A stretch of DNA of 64,000 nt, from positions 1,536,001-1,600,000 of the forward strand of contig OY969474.1 in NCBI GenBank assembly GCA_963700145.1. The letters are read 5' to 3'. The notes beneath the pieces were generated by a model that made no database searches, had not been told where the DNA came from, and worked only from the letters and a program-made list of their open reading frames with translations. A program made the translations under genes and the position numbers. The stretch's first letter is position 1. Each line of letters opens with the position of its first letter. The DNA comes from an uncultured Acidobacteriota bacterium. Its GTDB lineage: Bacteria; Acidobacteriota; Thermoanaerobaculia; Multivoradales; UBA5704. Below are positions 60,199 to 64,000 of the stretch, piece by piece.

Positions 60199-61125
60199 AT
60201 GAACACGACACCGACAGCGGACAACGGCGGCGGCGCGGCCTGGCCGGAGCTGACGCTCGCCGGGCAGCAGGACACCTACGACACGCTCCACATGTGGACG
60301 CAGGTAGTGGGCAAGGTGCGGCTCAAGCTCGCGCCGCTCATCAACCACTGGTGGCAGGTGACGCTCTACGTCACGCCGCGCGGGTTCACCACCTCGGCGA
60401 TTCCTTACGGCACGCGCGCCTTCGCGATCGACTTCGACTTCCTCGACGACGTGCTGCGCATCGCGACGAGCGGCGGGGACGTTCGCACCGTCCCCCTCCG
60501 GCCGCAGCCGGTGGCGGAGTTCTACGGCGAGACGATGGCCGCCCTCCAGTCGCTGGGGCTGGCGGTCAAGATCTGGCCGGTGCCCTCCGAGGTGCCAGAC
60601 CCCATCCGCTTCGACCAGGACCGCACGCACACGGCCTACGACCCCGAGGCGGCCCGGCGCTTCTGGCGCGTCTTGGTGCAGGCCGAGCGGGTGCTCACCG
60701 ACTTCCGCGCCCGCTTCCTCGGCAAGGTCAGCCCGGTCCACTTCTTCTGGGGGGGCTTCGACCTGGCGGTGACCCGCTTCTCCGGGCGGCGCGCGCCGCA
60801 GCACGGGCCGGTGCCGAACATCCCCGACTTCGTGGTGCAGGAGGCCTACTCCCACGAGGTCAGCAGCCTCGGCTTCTGGCTCGGCGCCGGCGTGTCCGAG
60901 CCGGTCTTCTACGCCTACGCCTATCCCGAGCCGGAGGGCTTCAAGGAGGCGAAGGTGGCGCCGGACGCCGCCTTCTACAGCCCGGACTTCGGCGAGTTCC
61001 TGCTCCCCTACGAAGCGGTGCGCACCGCCGCCTCCCCCGACGCGGCGCTCCTCGCCTTCGCGCAGAGCACCTACGAGGCCGCCGCCGACTGCGCCCGCTG
61101 GGACCGCGCGGCGCTCGAGCGGTAA
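60199..61125 (+). CDS. DUF5996-like protein
   Basis: TLHMWTQVVGKVRL, NHWW.VTLY, SPVHFFWG.FDLAVTRFSG, EAYSHE, FYAYAYP. Confidence 0.8.
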   Translation: MNTTPTADNGGGAAWPELTLAGQQDTYDTLHMWTQVVGKVRLKLAPLINHWWQVTLYVTPRGFTTSAIPYGTRAFAIDFDFLDDVLRIATSGGDVRTVPLRPQPVAEFYGETMAALQSLGLAVKIWPVPSEVPDPIRFDQDRTHTAYDPEAARRFWRVLVQAERVLTDFRARFLGKVSPVHFFWGGFDLAVTRFSGRRAPQHGPVPNIPDFVVQEAYSHEVSSLGFWLGAGVSEPVFYAYAYPEPEGFKEAKVAPDAAFYSPDFGEFLLPYEAVRTAASPDAALLAFAQSTYEAAADCARWDRAALER

Positions 61126-61139
61126 CCCGCCGCTCGGCG

Positions 61140-61625
61140 ATGCTCTTCCTCAAGAACCTTCTCTTCACGCTCGTGGTGCCCGGGACGGTCGTGGTGCTGA
61201 TCCCCGCCTGGGTGCTGCGCAAGTCCGGCGAAGGCTGGCCCGCGCGCTGGGGCACGCCGCAGCTGCTGGCGCTCGTGCCGCTCGCCGCCGGGCTCGCCAT
61301 CCTCCTGCGCTGCATCTGGGAGTTCGGCAGCCGGGGGCGCGGCACGCCGGCGCCGATCGACCCGCCGAAGGAGCTGGTGGTCAGCGGCCTCTACCGCTAC
61401 GTGCGCAACCCGATGTACGTAGGGGTGCTGCTGATCCTGCTCGGCGAGGCGCTGTTCTTCGCGTCGCGCCCGCTCCTCGCCTACGCCGCCGTCTGGTGGC
61501 TCACCGTCCACCTGTTCGTGCTGGTCTACGAGGAGCCGACCCTCGCCCGCAGCTTCGGCGACTCCTACGCCCGCTACCGGCGGGCCGTCCGGCGCTGGGT
61601 GCCGGGAAAGCGCTACGCCGGCTAG
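61140..61625 (+). CDS. Isoprenylcysteine carboxyl methyltransferase/PEMT family protein
   Basis: GTPAPIDPP, GLYRYVRNPMY, EEP.L...FG..Y..Y...V.RW. Confidence 0.9.
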   Translation: MLFLKNLLFTLVVPGTVVVLIPAWVLRKSGEGWPARWGTPQLLALVPLAAGLAILLRCIWEFGSRGRGTPAPIDPPKELVVSGLYRYVRNPMYVGVLLILLGEALFFASRPLLAYAAVWWLTVHLFVLVYEEPTLARSFGDSYARYRRAVRRWVPGKRYAG

Positions 61626-61629
61626 GGGG

Positions 61630-62308
61630 TTAGCGCGCGGCCGGCGGCGCGGATCGCCGGCACCACGACCACGCGCACCCCTTGCGGCGGTTCCTCGACG
61701 GCCTGCGACCAGCGCCGCGATCATCTGCCGCAGCGTCACCAGCCCGAGCCGGCGCGCCGTGGCGCGCGTCGCGGGGAGCCGCTCGAGGACGGCGTAGGCG
61801 GGGATCGCGAGGTAGGCCCAGCGGTGCCCCGGCCCGAGCACGTACCAGGGGCGGAGGAAGGTGGCGCCGCGCGGCGGCCGGTCGTAGCCGGCGGCGGCGA
61901 TCCGCGCCTCGCACTCGGCGCGCACGGCGAGGTAGGCCTTCATCACCGGCGCCGGATGGGCCGCCGAGAGGTAGACGAAGTGCCGCGCGCCGGCGGTCTC
62001 GGCGGCGGCCAGCGCCGCCCGACCGACACGGCGTCCACCTCCCGGAACTGGCGCGCCTTCCACGGCGCCGGATGGGCGGTGCCGACGAGGTGGACGAAGG
62101 TGTCGGCGGCCGGCACGCGGGCGGCGAAGGACGACGCGTCGAGCGCGTTGCCGAGGAGCACCTCGCAGCCGTCCGGCAGCTTCCCCTCCGAGCCCGCCCG
62201 CGCCAGCGCCGCGACCCGATGCCCGCGCGCCAGCAGCGCCGGGATCAGCCGCCGCCCCAGATAGCCGGTCCCGCCGGTGACGAAGAGAGAGCGCCGCGCC
62301 GCTTGCAC
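61630..62308 (-). CDS. NAD(P)-binding epimerase/dehydratase-like protein (frameshifted in this sequence)
   Basis: FVTGGTGYLG, HLVGT.HP.P.K, HFVYLS, LRPWYVLGPGH; ends approximate. Confidence 0.8.
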
Positions 62309-62356
62309 ACCCACGTCTACGCGCGCGCCGGCCGTGCGGATGAGTCGGACGAGCTC

Positions 62357-62371
62357 TGGCACCGTCCTTGC
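62357..62371 (+). promoter_or_regulatory. Sigma-54 (-24/-12) promoter
   Basis: Consensus TGGCAC-CGTCC-TTGC, about 70 bp upstream of 62441. Confidence 0.75.
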
Positions 62372-62440
62372 GATGCTTCTTTGGTGAACTGTGCTGCAAC
62401 GCCGCGGCGCTGAGATTTCCACACCTAGGAGGAAGCCATC

Positions 62441-63001
62441 ATGAGAGACGAGAGCAAGTTCACCACGGGCAGCGGCACGACCACCCTGACCGAAGACGAA
62501 GTCCATCCCGAGCATCACGACCTCAACCGCGACCCGATCACCGGCGAGCCGGGCTCCCACCCGGTCGGCACCGGCGTCGGCGCCGTGGCGGGCGGGGCGA
62601 CGGGCGCCGCGGTGGGCGCCGCGGCAGGCCCGGTGGGCGCTGTCGTGGGCGGCACCGTCGGCGCGATCGTCGGGGGTCTCGCCGGGCACGGCGTGGCCGA
62701 GCAGGTGAACCCGACGGTCGAGGACGCCTACTGGCGGGAGAACTACAAGAGCCGCGAGTACGTCCAGCGCAACCGGCCGTACGAGGAGTACCAGCCGGCC
62801 TACCGCTACGGCTGGGAGTCGCGCTCGAAGTACGCCGGCCGCCAGTGGGACGACAAGCTGGAGCAGGACCTGGAGCGCGGCTGGGACAAGGCCAAGGGGA
62901 CGTCCGGCATGGCCTGGCACGAGGCCAAGTCCGCGACGCGCGACGCTTGGCATCGCGTCGAGCGGGCCCTCCCCGGCGACGCCGACCGCGACGGCCGCTA
63001 G
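62441..63001 (+). CDS. Glycine-zipper, hydrophilic stress-type protein
   Basis: RBS AGGAGG; NRDPITGEPGSHPVGTG, GAVAGGATGAAVG, EDAYWRENY, PAYRYGWE. Confidence 0.85.
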   Translation: MRDESKFTTGSGTTTLTEDEVHPEHHDLNRDPITGEPGSHPVGTGVGAVAGGATGAAVGAAAGPVGAVVGGTVGAIVGGLAGHGVAEQVNPTVEDAYWRENYKSREYVQRNRPYEEYQPAYRYGWESRSKYAGRQWDDKLEQDLERGWDKAKGTSGMAWHEAKSATRDAWHRVERALPGDADRDGR

Positions 63002-63025
63002 CTCGGGCCGCCGTTCCGCAGGATC

Positions 63026-63056
63026 GAGGGGGCGCTCCCGCGCCCCCTCCGCTTTT
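63026..63056 (+). terminator. Intrinsic terminator-like hairpin
   Basis: GAGGGGGCGC-TCCC-GCGCCCCCTC followed by CGCTTTT, between convergent genes. Confidence 0.65.
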
Positions 63057-63068
63057 CATGCCGCGCCG

Positions 63069-64000
63069 CTAGTCGTCCTCGAGCAGCCCCTTCTCCCGCA
63101 GCCACTCTTCGTTGAGCTTCGAGAGGTAGCGCTCGCCCGAGTCGGGGAAGAGGGTGACGACGATCGCGTCGTCGGGGAGGGTGCGGGCCACCCGGCGGGC
63201 GCCTTCGGCGGCGGCGCCGGAGGAGGAGCCGACGAAGATCGACTCCTTGCGCGCCAGGTCGAAGGTGGCGCGGTAGGCGCTCTCTGTCGTCGACGGTGAC
63301 GATCTCGTCGATGTAGTCCCACCAGACCGTGCCCGGCATGAAGTCCTCGCCGATGCCGTCGATCAGGTACTGGTGGATCTGCTCCGCCGGCGGCAGCGCG
63401 CCGTGCTCCTTGTAGTAGGCGTAGACGCTGCCGACGGTGTCGACGCCGACGACGCGGATCGCCGGGTTCTGCTCCTTCAGGTACTTGGCGGCGCCGCTGA
63501 TCGTGCCGCCGGTCCCCACGCCGACCACCCAGTGGGTGATGCGGCCGTCGGTCTGCCGCCAGACCTCGGGGCCGGTCGTCTCGTAGTGCGCCTGCGGGTT
63601 GGCCTGGTTGTAGTACTGGTACGGGAGGTAGGCCCCCTCTTCGTCGCGGATCCGCTCGGCCGTTTTGTAATAAGAGCGCGGGTCGTCGGCCTCGACGTTC
63701 GTCGGGCAGGTGATGACCTTGGCGCCGAAGGCCTCGAGCAGCGCGATCTTCTCCTTCGGGATCTTGTCGGCGGCGGTGCAGACGAGCTTGTAGCCCTTGA
63801 GGTTCGCCGCCATCGCCAGCCCCACGCCGGTGTTGCCCGAGGTGGGCTCGACGATTGTGCCGCCGGGCTTGAGCGCCCCGGAGCGCTCGCCGGCCTCGAT
63901 CATCGCCGGGCCGATCCGGTCCTTGACGCTCGAGCCGGGGTTGAAGTACTCGACCTTGGCGGCCAGCAGCGCCCCCTGTGGGTGGAAGCGGCGCAACGCC
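63069..64000 (-). CDS. Cystathionine beta-synthase/cysteine synthase family PLP enzyme (5' truncated by window, one frameshift near 63285)
   Basis: KVEYFNPGSSVKDR, EPTSGNTG, GVGTGGT, GIGEDF, GSSSG, FPDSGERYLSK. Confidence 0.9.

Overview
Very GC-rich bacterial DNA. The gene content (Ser/Thr kinase-TPR, ECF sigma/zf-HC2/CHAT cassette, GlnRS-YqeY fusion, a recurring secreted C-terminal domain) suggests Acidobacteriota, possibly Thermoanaerobaculia; this is an inference. Clusters of frameshifts at about 1-3.7 kb, 55-57.6 kb and 61.7-63.3 kb look like long-read indel errors. In order, the window holds: the 3' end of a hybrid NRPS-PKS (C-A[Ala]-PCP-C-A[Cys-like]-PCP-KS-AT-ACP-TE); signalling genes; a leuB-ompW-leuA-like-secreted protein-xerD run; a six-gene minus-strand cassette (ECF sigma, zinc anti-sigma, TPR-CHAT protease, 66-aa peptide, gingipain-like C25 protease, helical protein) that is the best candidate for an undescribed proteolytic signalling system; a desaturase/CFA-synthase/B12 radical-SAM lipid-modification operon; a di-heme cytochrome c; speA and glnS, with glnS flanked by two unrelated 21-bp-period palindromic tandem arrays; a lower-GC defence islet (orphan antitoxin-like gene, type ISP-like RM enzyme, ParE-type TA pair); a sigma-54 two-component system with its probable target; and peptidase/housekeeping genes. 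I saw no rRNA, tRNA or CRISPR array.
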